Below are positions 12,319 to 24,245 of a stretch of 64,000 nt of DNA, one piece after another. The notes under the pieces are model-generated. The model worked only from the letters and a program-made list of their open reading frames with translations. It was not told where the DNA came from and ran no database searches. How positions within the stretch are numbered: the stretch's first letter is position 1; the number at the start of each line of letters is the position of its first letter. The translations under genes and the position numbers were made by a program. The DNA comes from Eukaryota sp. TZLM1-RC (lineage: Eukaryota > Protista > Metamonada: BaSk clade): assembly GCA_040285825.1 (NCBI GenBank), contig JAUPSS010000001.1, forward strand, positions 3,410,001 to 3,474,000, given 5' to 3'.

Positions 12319-12976
12319 CTAAGTACCATCATCAACCTTGACTCTTTGTAGGTATACCGGTCTATCTTCACCTTTTGCATGTGCTTCCATCACTACCAAC
12401 ATATTCAGGGAAGCATTTCGATCTCTATTCCACATACTTTACCATGATTTACACATGGTAAGCCCGTGACGATTAGACATCTGAAGCGTCTTCCATGGCT
12501 TGTGATTTCTTCCTTGGATGTCCATCGGAACCCTTCAACTGTTTTCTCCGATTTCTTACAATTGAAACAACAACTGGTTCGAAACTCATCAATTCAAAAG
12601 TCCTTATAACCATGCTTTTTAAATAAAATTCTCAAACCTTTTCCGGTTCTTTGAATTTCATGTGTTTTTGTTGTTCCCTGTCTCCGATTCCGATAACTAC
12701 TTGGCCTGGTTCACTAATTACTGAATTGAATCTCTGAATCATTTTCGCCTCAGATCTTGTGCGATTAATCTCAGTCCACCATCTTAGTTTCCTAAATATC
12801 TTTTGATCATAGACTTCACCAACAATACAATTCACAAAATTCTTTTGTTTAAAATACTCCATAAATCTATCAAATCTACAGCTTTTGGAATTGAATTTGG
12901 ATAAAGTTGCTTCCCATTCTGCTACAGATTTAGTTTTCTGTTCATTGTTACTCAAATTTAATGAGTAATCAATCAT
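12319..12976 (-). pseudogene. Fanzor1-like RNA-guided nuclease, family 2, C-terminal half, disrupted
   Basis: ORF 12632-12976 (SKFNSKSC.F..F.EY...K...FRKLRW...IN....E.K......IGD.EQ..HMKFKEP) continues across frameshifts as GKGLR.LF.K.GY...IDEFRTSCCFNC ... HGL..C ... WNRDRNASLNM ... RPVYLQR, with stop TAG at 12319. Confidence 0.88.
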
Positions 12977-14112
12977 ATGGGGAATATTGATATCTTGAGG
13001 TACTTTCCTCTTAATAAACTTATTGTTCTTTCAGTCATTTGATTAATTATACAGCTGTTTAAATCCATTCTTTGTTGTTGCTCTTCAGATGGTTCATAAT
13101 TGGATAGATCAATCACTCTACCAGTAGAGTTACTTATTGTGATTAGAGTGTCATTCCATATGCCGTCTCTTATTCTTTTAAATTCAGAACTTTTCGACTC
13201 AATATTTGGTTGATTTTGAGCATTCACAAAATGGACATATTTATCTCTCTCGTTTGTTTGAATGAATCATTCCAGTAGCTAAATTGGCAAACAATAGAGT
13301 AGATCAGATTTACCTAAATCACCAGCATCAAGGGTCCTCTCTTGAAATTGAGAAGGATTAATGCTGGGGTCATCAATATATTTTTCTTATTCTTTCGAAT
13401 TCCTTCGCGTTTAACTTGTACTGTTTCAAATCTAGATTGAATGAATGATACCGAAGCGTGATAAACTGCACCATTATAGGGTAGAAGAATTGTGTAGAAG
13501 AAAGTGTTTTCTTCGTTGCCAGAAATGATCAATTGTGAGCAAAGATCCTTTCGATCATCTGCCTTGAAAAACAACAGGGCAGATGCGACGGCCAAGTAAG
13601 TATTTATGGATGTGACCGAATTAATGAGTGATTAATATAGTTGTTGATTGGATCAGTGATTTGTTCATCATCTAACCACATGTCCATGAAATTATCACTG
13701 TGTGGCCATCTACCTGATAAATTAATTCTTTTAAAAACTATAAATTTGTTAAATGAATTAAATTTGTATAATTTTGGTAATCATACTTACTAAAACAATA
13801 ATAGAATAATTGATCAAAAAGGTGATCAACCTCTGAATAATAAATACAAAATGAAATGCTCAATTCTATGAAGAGTTTGTGGGTAGAAACACTGATGTGT
13901 TCAAGACATACAGGTTCGTGTCCCAGACACGAGCAGCAAATTCAAATAAATAGTGTTTTCTAGAAATATTTATAAAGTTGGTTTTAATAAACAAAAATGT
14001 TAAATAATTAATTGAAAAACAATTTATAAAGTCTTCATGAGGGACAACTTGGATAAATTGAGCCTTTTCAACCAAAAAGGAGGAAGAGCAGGTAGTTCAT
14101 TTTCGTTTCGTC

Positions 14113-14685
14113 ATGTTCCCACAATTATGGACCACACTTCTTCTCTTTCTCTCCACCATCAATGCAGTCCGCCTGCACGGACGGGTTCGTGGTGTGGCCA
14201 ATCCATCTGCATCTGTGGTGTATTTAAATGGTGAAATATCCGCATTAGTTACTACATCAGGGAAGTTTTGGGTCGATCTTCCTTCGAATGATACTTTTAT
14301 TGCAGAGTGTACACATCCATCCTATATTTTTCCCTTCAAAAACATATACACAGATGAATTTGGTGTTTTCCAATCTTCATCCTTAACTAGAACACCAATA
14401 GTTCAACTCGTTTTCTCCCCAATCACATCCATAGACTTTGATGAACCCGCCCTTCATGACACTATCATATCATATCTGAAGAAGCCTCTAGTTATTTTTG
14501 TTTTGATCATCATTTTCGCAAACATTGGTCTCAAACTCATGACTAGGAACATGTCTGCTGAAGAGAGGCAAGAGTTGATGGGGAATACCCAGGGTTTGGA
14601 TCCAAATAACCCCCTTAGTCTGTTTCAAGCATTGAGGAGTACCCCTCAACAAGTTGAAGAATCAGGCGCTGATGCTGAGGATTGA
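14113..14685 (+). CDS. EMC7: ER membrane protein complex subunit 7
   Basis: Signal peptide, beta-sandwich (V.LNG......SG.F...LP...F.....HP.Y.F), single TM segment after KKP, and cytosolic tail. Confidence 0.75.
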   Translation: MFPQLWTTLLLFLSTINAVRLHGRVRGVANPSASVVYLNGEISALVTTSGKFWVDLPSNDTFIAECTHPSYIFPFKNIYTDEFGVFQSSSLTRTPIVQLVFSPITSIDFDEPALHDTIISYLKKPLVIFVLIIIFANIGLKLMTRNMSAEERQELMGNTQGLDPNNPLSLFQALRSTPQQVEESGADAED

Positions 14686-14959
14686 TGAATTTCTGGATTG
14701 ATTGACCTATTTTGCTTCAATAATATGGCGTATTTCAACTATGATTAGATTTTGCCTGTGAGTAATAAAGAAAACTAATTAAACTATCTAAAATGCAAAG
14801 ACATCAAAAAAGGAAGAAAATAAGGACATATATTGAAAAGAACCAAAGAGAAATACAAAAAGAACAAATCACTTTTACAGTCAGAACATTACGTTATTGT
14901 TATTGTAGGTATCATATGATGCCGTTAGAAAAACAACTTTTAATTAAAAAGAAGCACAA

Positions 14960-15126
14960 GCATCTCTGTCACGGAGGCTCCATTAAACAAACACTGTCAT
15001 TGAAAAATACTGATTCTGATAATAGATGTTTTATTTACTGTGATTGGATTTTAACTGAAATTGTTGGTGATTTTGTCTCCTGTAATGTTGCAAATGACAG
15101 TTTATTCCAAAGAAAAAAACTTAATT
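14960..15126 (+). pseudogene. Family D LINE fragment
   Basis: YCDWI...DFVSCNVAND matches 48540-48690. Confidence 0.75.
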
Positions 15127-15155
15127 AGAATTAGAAAACTTATTTATTAGTTGCA

Positions 15156-15342
15156 CAGTCAACCCTCTATAATTGCACACATTTTGTGTCGTCTCAAAGT
15201 ATGCAACTAGAAAGTGAGCATTTAAGTTAATACAAAGCAATAAATAATAAAAGAGTTTATTAAGGTCCTCTAATACAAAAACTAACTATTTTTTTTGAAA
15301 AAGTGAGCATTTGTAGAGGATGAAATTATAGAGGGTTGACTG
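15156..15342. mobile_element. 187-bp MITE, Tc1/mariner-pogo type
   Basis: Perfect 19-bp TIR CAGTCAACCCTCTATAATT (22 bp with one mismatch); flanked by CA on the left (likely mutated TA) and TA on the right. Confidence 0.85.
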
Positions 15343-15949
15343 TACTTAAATTCACAGCCACTTATGCTGATATGATATCAAATTAATAAGCTAATTAGGA
15401 ATCTATTGCATGTATGATGATGCGTTATGTTTTGGTTCACTTACCACCTTCGTCATTATCCTCGGAAATATTACTACCAAAATTTCAATTACCAGGTCAC
15501 ACGATTTTCAGCAAAAACCCTCAATTTATGATCAATGGATTTATTGAGCGAATAACTCATCTTTATTTGCAATGAAATCTGTACGAACTTTTTTGGAAAA
15601 TATTTCAATAATTTCTGAAAATCGTTATTTTCTTCAAACGTTGGCCTTTCATCATCTAAATTGATTTAGAACTTCTTCTCAATTTCTTTAATAGTTTATT
15701 GTTGAATTTACCTTCAGTTTGGACCCAAAATGAGGCAACATCCAGTGTGCATGGCATAACGAAGCCGAACTAATAATCGATTGTACCAATATATCTCTGT
15801 GCAGGAGGTGTACAGGAGGTCCAATAGTGACACTCAACATCTGGTCAAAGTTGCAAAACAATCCAAGAAATCAGATCATGATGTGTAGAGGAGGACAAAG
15901 TGATGACACGTCACAATGACAAGTAAAACATTTTATTCCTGGAACAGAC

Positions 15950-16800
15950 ATATGAATTTTGCCGCTCCTTTAACCACTCAAGAACAATTTTTTTGCATCT
16001 TTGATTGATGTTAATCCTGAACTAATTCGAAGTCATGTATTCTCATCATCTTATTTTGGTGGAATTAATTCCACTAAATTGTCTATTCTCTGTCAATCTG
16101 CTTTCTTTGGTGGAGGGAAAAATTTTGTTTTTGAATTCTACAAGCGATAATTATTTAAGAGACCTTAAAAATGCTCTTGATTGTTTGCTTTATGAAATCT
16201 GGAGTTAATGTTATCCCGACAATGTACAAAAAATACTACCTTGAACACTAGTTAATTTGAGGCATTGTGTGCAAAAATTGTGCAACAAAAATTAATTATT
16301 TTTGAAGGCTTGGATTTTTATGTTCGTCTTGGTTAGGTAACAACTTCGTCGTAACAACTCTCGTTTTTTCTAACAACTCTGTTAAATACAATTTCGTAAT
16401 GTTATTCAAAATGGAGTTAATATAACGAGGAAGGGCTTTCAATAACGAAATACAATTCTCTTTTTCCAAATCAAAAAACCAAATGTACGACCAGTTTCTT
16501 TGAGAAGATTTCCTTAATCATCTACAAAATGCAGACCTTCAATTCCAATGGTACCAAAAATTGAAATTTCAATTGGAACAAATTTGATGTTTCTGCCTCT
16601 TGTTCCATTGAGACTTTGTAGAAGGTTTTCGAATTTGGATTTTTTGGAAAGCTCTGCAAACTGTGAGTAAATGTTGAATGTCTAACTTGGCACTTCTTTT
16701 CCACGGAGATACGGTGGTACAATCGATAATTAACTCAGTTCCATCATAACATGTACAATGAATTCCACCTCGTCTTTGGCTCAAACTGAAAGTTATTCAT
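15950..16800. pseudogene. Highly decayed LINE fragments (RT C-terminal part on +, RLE part on -)
   Basis: cgaagtcatgtattc, ggtggagggaaaaattttg and WK..IVF-like remnants homologous to cluster elements. Confidence 0.6.
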
Positions 16801-17133
16801 CAAACAGAAATTCTAAACGAACTGGATGAATGATCACATTTTAATAGATTATAAAAATAATCACAAATAAATACAAGGATAATTGACATTTTTTGAGTGA
16901 ATTTAGAGCAGGAAATAAGGTTATCAAAAGAACCATAAACACCAAATTTACATTACAAATTTGATAACCATTGAGGAGGAGGTAGTTTAAGTCTAATTCA
17001 CATGATTGTTAATGATTCAATATCTGAGAGCAATAGTCAAAATCGGTGAGGAACTTCTGTTATCAAACAAGATGAACTATTTTGAAGTGAATTCATGCTA
17101 TACAAAGAAGACAAAAATAATTCCAAAGACGAA

Positions 17134-17805
17134 TCAGTTAGCAGAATCAGTTAAGAGAATGCCATAAACTTGAGGTTTTCTTGTTACTGAGGCAGAAGAA
17201 GTACTATCACACATATTTTGTAAAAGATTTGCAAAAGCGGGATTCCTTTTCTTGACCAAGCCAAGTCTAACATCAAAGTGAAAGCTTTCAAAAATCTTTG
17301 ACAATTTTTGTTGAAGCTTTTTACAGCAAAGCTGCAAGTTAAACAGAGATCGGTTTGGAATTTCTTGAATTGATTGGGGAAAACATTTTGTTTAGATTTG
17401 TGGTGGAAATCTATCGAGTTTACAAGATAACTCATTCAAATATGGACTGCAACTGGGAACTAGCAAACGAGAATCTTCAGGAAATCTACAAAAAAATTCA
17501 TAAATAAAATTCTTGCATATACCCAAAAATGCTGATTGACACAAAATAGAAGATTTTGTAAATACAATACCACCAAATTTTTCTGCCAAAAATAAGTGAT
17601 TTTTCAACATTTCTGGTTCCTTTATTTGAACTATTTTTATTGATCTAAAATAATATCTAATATTCAGTATCCTTCAAACAAGCGTCACTATTACTGAACC
17701 TACTCACAACATTTCGTTCATATTCTACACCAATAGCTAAAAGAGCTTCAGTATTAGCAAGCCTTTCATTTGAGACATTACAAGGATCAACAGACATTAC
17801 ATCCA
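17134..17805 (-). pseudogene. Family A and E LINE fragments
   Basis: 17134-17620 matches family A (SSILCQSAFLG...KKLQQKL); 17650-17750 matches the E 3' end; 17755-17805 matches the A RLE. Confidence 0.8.
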
Positions 17806-18124
17806 CCAGTTGTGAATTTAGGGAGTCCCTTTTGAATATTATAACGGATTGTATTTACAAACCATTTGTTATTCAAGCGGATGACGAAAATGTCCCGTCA
17901 TTCAATTGATGAGGTTTTTCTATTTGGTTAGTTCTAATTATTGCTGATTTTGCAGATCTGTTCGTGGAATAAAACCTATCCAGCCAAATCTTTTTGGCTG
18001 ATTTGGGATATGAAGATTTAGTATTTTAAATTTGTTGTTCAGTTTCTTGTTGGAATAAATTTACAAATTAATAAATAAATAAATTTAGGAAGGAACCCTT
18101 ATTTCATTCAAATCATCATTTATT

Positions 18125-18500
18125 ATGAACAATATCCCATCAAACGACGACTTCATGGAGTACGTCATGCTTAGGAGTAATGACGGTGAAGAGTTTGTTG
18201 TCCCTAAGCACATAGCGGAGATGTCAGGCCTCATTAAAAGGATGCTTTCTTCTGGTACCTTCAAGGAAGCTAGTAGTGTTGTCAGGGTTCCTAGCACTCC
18301 TGTGCTCAATGCAAAGACATTTATGTCCTAGGATTGTCTTCATCTGACCTTTGCTACATATGGACTGTTATCACTTCACTAGGGTAACATTTGTTCAAGG
18401 TTAGGGTACCATTGTCGAAATTCTTTCTTGTACATTATGTCTGCTTGTATATAAATTAAGTGAAATTTGTATATTATAATACAGTTCCATCCTTTGAAAT
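18125..18500 (+). CDS. ELOC: Elongin-C / SKP1-like protein, N-terminal exon or pseudogene
   Basis: YV.L.S.DG.EF.V....A..SG.IK.ML....F.E matches the Elongin C N-terminus. The ORF stops at 18331; a downstream VPSFEI-like piece at ~18483-18500 lies in a broken context. Confidence 0.55.
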
Positions 18501-18895
18501 CTAACTAAGTGGACTCGTCTCAAAGGACAAGAAGCAATGGAATTTTGATATTGTTGGTTGTTTGATAGCTCACTGCTCAAAATGAAAGGATGATGCATAA
18601 TTTAATACTTGGCTTATCTCCACCATTGATTTCACACCCTGAGCAGCAAGTTTCTTTATTATCACCAATGAGAATCAAATCTTTTGTTTCTTGCAGCTCT
18701 TGTTTCATGTTATAACCATCTACAATCCAAGCATCATTATTATAATTCACACAACCTTTTAGTATTGAAGATTGGTTTAAAACAACAACCAAACATTATT
18801 AACTTACAATGACAATTATTGAATTTTGCAGGATAGTGTTTGATGTGAAAAAACTTGTTGTCAATATTTATAAAAATCCATTCTATAAACACTAT

Positions 18896-20150
18896 TTATT
18901 TCCACAGTTTGGCTACTGATATACTCTTCTCCTTCTCTTTCTTCATAACCTTAACACACTGAGATTAAAACAATAAAATAAAAACATACTGCAAGGTCAA
19001 AGTCTTCTTGGCTGACAAAAAGACGAGCTTCTCTGAGAGCAAACATTCCAGCCTCAGTACAAACAGCTTTAAGTTCAGCTCCAGAAGAACCTGCCATTTG
19101 GTCAGCAATCTTCATGAGATTAATTCCTCTTGTAAGGTTCATCTTTCGGGAATGAATCTGTAATATCTGGAGTCGACTCTTATCATCAGGGTGGGGGAAC
19201 TCAATCTTTCTGTCAATTCTACCAGGTCTCAAGAGAGCAGGATCAAGAATGTCAATTCGGTTGGTGGCCATCAACACTTTAATGTTTTGTGTAGGTTCAA
19301 AACCATCTAGTTGGTTGAGAAGCTCCAGCATTGTGCGTTGAACTTCAGAGTCTCCCTTTGAAGAAGAAGATTCAGCTCGACTTCCACCAATACTATCAAT
19401 TTCGTCCATGAAAATGATGGCGGGCGCACATTGCCGAGCCATAACAAAGATTTCACGAACAAGACGAGAACCTTCACCAATGTATTTCTGTACTAATTCA
19501 GATCCAGAAACCCTAATAAATGTACATTTTGTGTGATGTGCAACTGCTCTGGCGAGTAAGGTTTTACCTGTTCCTGGAATTAGTAACAGCCAAGAGGTTA
19601 GCAACAAACCTGGAGGGCCATATAACAAGACACCCTTTGGCTGAGCTATGCCAAGAGCATCAAAGATTTCGGGATGTAGGATCGGAAGTTCAATGACCTC
19701 TTTAATCTCACGTATCTGGTCCTTGAGACCTCCAATAACGTCATAGGTGCTGTCTGGAACTTTTTCCACTCTCATCAGTGAAACTAAAGGATCTACCTTG
19801 GTTGGCAGGATCTTGTAAAGTTGATAGGAGTCAGATCGGAGAGCAACACGGCAGTTGGGAGTGAGCTGTGATATATCAAGATCCTTGGCGACTTCAACGA
19901 TGTATTTGCCTTCTGAACCAACCTTTACTAAGCATTTTTCCGGTCCCATCATGCGGACGACCTCTGCGACATATGATCCAGGTTCCTGAAGATGTTGCAG
20001 TTCCTCTCTAAGTAGACGAACTCTGTGATTGATCTGATTGCGTTGTGCTTCAAGACGACGAAGAGATTTACGAGCATCATTGACTGAAACTTCAAGTTGA
20101 GTCTCACGAGAACTAAGAAAGTGTGCCAGTGGTAAGACTTTAGTTGCCAT
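18896..20150 (-). CDS. PSMC5: 26S proteasome AAA ATPase Rpt6 (3 exons)
   Basis: [56 protein letters not shown]. Removing introns 19574-19609 and 18959-18989 restores GPPGTGKT and the terminal [20 protein letters not shown]. Confidence 0.97.
18959..18989 (-). other. 31-nt intron
   Basis: GTATGT...TTTAATCTCAG; removal restores the conserved Rpt6 C-terminus. Confidence 0.9.
19574..19609 (-). other. 36-nt in-frame intron within Walker A
   Basis: GTTTGT...TTACTAATTCCAG; explains the [12 protein letters not shown] insertion in GPPG|TGKT. Confidence 0.92.
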
Positions 20151-20299
20151 TGACTGAATGAAGTTTTCAAATTCGTTTTGGTTTTCGTTTTGTGCACATA
20201 ATTATAAAATCCTTTTTCACCACACCACTTCTTTCTCCAACACTATTCTTTTTACTAACACCTGAACGAACACTATAATAAAAGATGAATCGATAATAT

Positions 20300-21340
20300 T
20301 TTTTTTGGTTAATTTGTTTTATTTTGAAACGCAAACAAAACAACTAAACAAAAAACTAGAACTCAATATCCTCAATACACGCATCAACATCATCAAACTT
20401 CTTCAATGCGCGATTCTCATACTCTATTCCCAATTGCAACAGTGCTTTGGTTATCATTTCGGGAATTGCTTCAAGAATACTGAAAACAATAAAAGAATTC
20501 TCTATTATTATTTATTATTATTCTTATTATGCCAAAAATTGAAGTTCCATTTTTTTCCCCGCTCTTTCAAATAAACCACCTGATACTTGACATGCTCAAC
20601 ACGTCCTAGCTGAGATATGGGTTCATTGTACTTTTTGATTTTGCTCTTTTCAGCAAAGCAGAGCGGAGTTTCATCCTCATTGGCAAAATCAATTGCTGAA
20701 TCCTTACAAACATCAACAGTGACAACATCAACAACTGTTCTCACACCATCAGACCCTGGTGTAATTAAATCAGCACGGCGTTTCCCAAAAGTATTTTCAT
20801 CTTCATTTTCAGGTGACAACTTTCGCACAAGAAGTTCAACAAAAGCTTCAATGTGATGACTTTTGCACATTTCATACAGTTGGTCTCTAACAACATCGTG
20901 AAAAACTGAGCGACATGTAATATTAAATTCACAATTGAATAAATGATTCAGATTGATGAGCTGACCACAACGACAAATCAAATCATTTGGCACACTGCAT
21001 GACCACAAAAACACCTCATCCTTAGGGCAGTTGTCCATTGATAATCATTCAACAATAAACCATAGACATTTGGAATCTGGGAAATGAGACAACTTGAGCT
21101 ACTTTCCTTATTGATTAATTAAAAAGTTTGCAAAAACGGGATTCTTTTCTTTAGCCAAGCTAAGACGAACAGTGAAATCCAAGTTTTCAAAAACTTTTAA
21201 TATCTTTTTCTGCAATTTAGCATATGCAAATTTCAAGGAAATCAAACTCCTGGGTGGAATTTCTTGCATATCAGCAGGAAAGCTTTTGGACCATATGTGA
21301 GGAGAGATGCATTCAATTTCACTCTGCAAGGACACTAAAT
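20300..21340 (-). pseudogene. Degenerate 3' portion of CRE-type LINE, family F
   Basis: Homologous to 37311-37946 (HD.VRDQ, KRRADL, DVVTVDV, IEDIEF). Confidence 0.85.
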
Positions 21341-22279
21341 AGTCCTTAATCTGAATTCAAGGGGATAGGTTTCACTCACAGCAGCATGGACGTCTTCAGA
21401 CTTATCATCGTATCACACTACATAAATATGAAATTGGCCAAAATCAAGCTCTGCAAAAAAGTCATGTGGACTAACATTGCAAGTATCGTTAATGCAGTTT
21501 CAATTTGAGTTTATGGAGTTCAATTTTTGGAAGTGAGAACATCTTGTATGGAAAGAAAATGAGTAGAAAAAGTGTGAAGAGTTTGAAGTAGAGAGATAAG
21601 GTTATGATAAGTTTTTAGATGTCTAGTTTTAAGACAAGAAGGACAGCTGAAGGGGTGACGCCAGCAGAAGTTGTTGGAGCAGCTTGGGATGGACGATCTC
21701 CAATAGACTCGAGTTTAGACTCAAGAATAGCCAGTAGTGCCTCTGTAGACTGTTTTTTGATAGTCTATTTTATTGGATCCAATATTTTATAGTCAATGTG
21801 TGAGCGCACTGAATGAAACCTATAACCCCTTTAAAAGAAAAGCCAACAGTTCCACAAAGATTTATGGCGGTCTCAGATATAGTTGAACGAGGAGCAAAAG
21901 GTTTTTCGTCACAGAGGAAAAAAATGGGAAGGAAGAAACAAGTGTTGTGACTTCCCTTGGTTACATGTTTGAACTGAATAAAGGAATTAAAATGTGAAAC
22001 TTTACGAATTTTTTGAATCTACAAACACCCTTGAATAAACGAACAACTGCTTTGACTAACAACAATTTCATCAAATTTCACATCTGTTAACTATTTTTAG
22101 GAAACAAAATGCTTAAAGCAGGTCCACTATCCATTATAAAAGTGTCTATATATCAGTTTGTGCATGTTTTATTGTTTTGTGGATGTAAGGAGTTGAAAAT
22201 AACCCAAATCTCAAAAGTAACTGAAACTGAGATATCAATCATTACTGATTGTCTGCACCTTCCGTTTTCAGTAAGGTCT

Positions 22280-24088
22280 ATGCAGTCCACGACACGTGCC
22301 TGCTGCCTTCAAAAGGTTCTTTGAGCGGCCAGTGTGTGATTATATTGATGGACAGCTGACCAAGGTGACCACCATGGCTCACCTCGGCAGTTTGCTATCC
22401 AGAGTTTTTGCTATGCGCTTCCCTGAAAACAGTCATTTCCTGACCCAGCATCAATTCTCGATCCAGTGTCTTGACTTTGTGGCGGCCTCTGAGCCAGATG
22501 TCAGACATCCATTTAACAGACCTGGCAAAGGCCATGTGTATGAGAAGCTCCAGCGAATCTCTACATCATGGCCGTTTGCTGTCTTGTTGTTGTCAAAAAC
22601 ATGTCGTGTTCATGCACAACTCACCAGTGGGCCTCTACAACAACTAGTGGATGCAAAGTGCCGCCAGCTGCAAGGCAACTACCAGCAGCTTCTTGCTGAT
22701 GTACCTTTGTCGTGGAAGCTTAACTTCTTTCGCTCGAATGCAGTAGGTCATAACTGCCCTGCACCAGCCACTTATGCTGGCTTTGTTCTTCACAGCAGCA
22801 CGAACTTTCGTGAACCCCTTCCTTCTTGGTTCAACACACACCATACCATGGCTCTCACTCTGTTTAATTTCTTTTTTGGTGATCCTTAAAGGTACAACAT
22901 TCTTCTTTCTTCCCGAAGAGTGACTCCTAATCAAGAGAACAGTACCTACATCTTTCGTTGCGGCTTAACAATCCAAAACCACCTGGAGCAAGCCTTTGCA
23001 CATACTTTTAGACGACATAGACTCACCCCATCGTGTGTTTGAAGCCTGCTTTTGTCCCCTTTTACACATGGGTTCTCAACTACTTTATCTCCAAAAACAC
23101 ATCACAAACAATTTTGAAAAACCCTTATTTATTGTTTAGAACAAAAGCTAATGAATACACCATATCTTCTAATGGTGATAGTGTCCGTATAACTTTCAAA
23201 CCCCATCCAAAAGCAGCACGAGTGAGATTGTCCGGAGAAGCCTTGGCTGATAAGAGATCCAGAACCACTCGGAATAGAAAACATACCTTGCAAGCCAAGA
23301 TTGAACGGCCAAGACCTCGCCAGAAACCAAAAGCTACTGAGTGGCAGGCACCTGATGACGAAACGGAAATGGTGTTCTGGGTCATCGACCCCAACCACTC
23401 AAATCTATGTGGTTCCAGCATTGCAACACGTTCAGGGCCGACCGTATACAATATCTTCTTGGCACCAAAGCAACAAAAAATCAATCACTCCGCTTCACTG
23501 ACCCACTCATCAATAGATGTTTATGACGTGCAGAAATCGAACCATTATCTGCTTGAAATATCAACTATCGGTGACTATAAGGATTATGAAGGTAATAACG
23601 TAGGACGATCATTGCTAAAACAGCAATTATATCTGAGTGCTCGAAAAGCATTGATGAGAAACACATTTGACTTCTTTATAAGAAAACAAAAAATATTCAG
23701 CTCAATTATCAACAAAGTGAAAAAATTTGCCAACGGTCGAGAAGTAAAGGTGTGGTTTGGCAATGGAGGTGGTGGTACATCACGTCAAAAAGTGAAAACA
23801 GCACGCAAGGCGTTTCTCAAGTTGTTACAATGTTCATTTGCTAAGGTGAAGATCGCAGATGAATATATGACATCTGCAAAGGTGAACTGCTGCAAGATGC
23901 TACACCAAAAGATCTATCGAAAAGTTGACGGTGAAGTTAAAGTTCACAACGCCTATTTCAGTTGTCCGGAATGTAATCAAGTTTGGTCTAGAGACATTTC
24001 TGCATCCCTAAATCAGCTAGAAATTGCAATTAGTGAGCACTACTATAGAACAAGACCAGAAGCGTTGCAGAGACCACAAAGAAACTAG
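22280..24088 (+). pseudogene. Fanzor1 RNA-guided endonuclease, family 1 (~600 aa reconstructed; RuvC half intact, N-terminal half broken by a stop at 22887 and frameshifts)
   Basis: ORF 23033-24088 has WED-like ISSNGDSVRITF, RuvC-I VIDPN, VWFGNG, rearranged RuvC-II ADEYMTS, Zn-finger NCC...CPEC, RuvC-III WSRDISASLN and terminal RPEALQR. ORF 22296-22889 plausibly supplies the N-terminus. Confidence 0.9.
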
Positions 24089-24245
24089 CTTCAAAGCTAC
24101 GTATTGTTCTAGAGGAGAAATGGGCTCACTGAGATTGGTGGACAATTATTCAAGGATTCTAGAACGTCTGTGGTCGATCTCACCAAGAATGTAAGTTCTT
24201 GGATTAAGTTTGAATGATGCTTGACGAAAATATGCATTTCTGTTG
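24089..24245 (+). ncRNA. Putative Fanzor omega RNA (scaffold ~24089-24224 plus candidate guide)
   Basis: About 94% identical (8 mismatches in ~136 nt) to 35058-35193. Stems TGAGATTG/CGATCTCA and CCAAGAA/TTCTTGG, plus a pseudoknot-like ATTATTCAA/TTGAATGAT pairing. Position matches known Fanzor/TnpB omega RNAs. Confidence 0.7.

Noticed and set aside
12973-13720. ORFs upstream of the family-2 Fanzor as its transposase or N-terminus
   Set aside because: No recognisable DDE, HUH, serine or tyrosine recombinase, or Fanzor motifs.
21361-21960. Coding-like minus-strand stretch upstream of Fanzor 1
   Set aside because: Broken by stops and no identifiable domain; cannot be linked to the Fanzor.
22887-22970. 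Stop-codon reassignment or introns making the Fanzor ORF intact
   Set aside because: Host genes end in TAG, TGA and TAA, so the code is standard. A 30-nt GT..AG (22862-22891) could remove the first stop, but a frameshift near 22965 remains.
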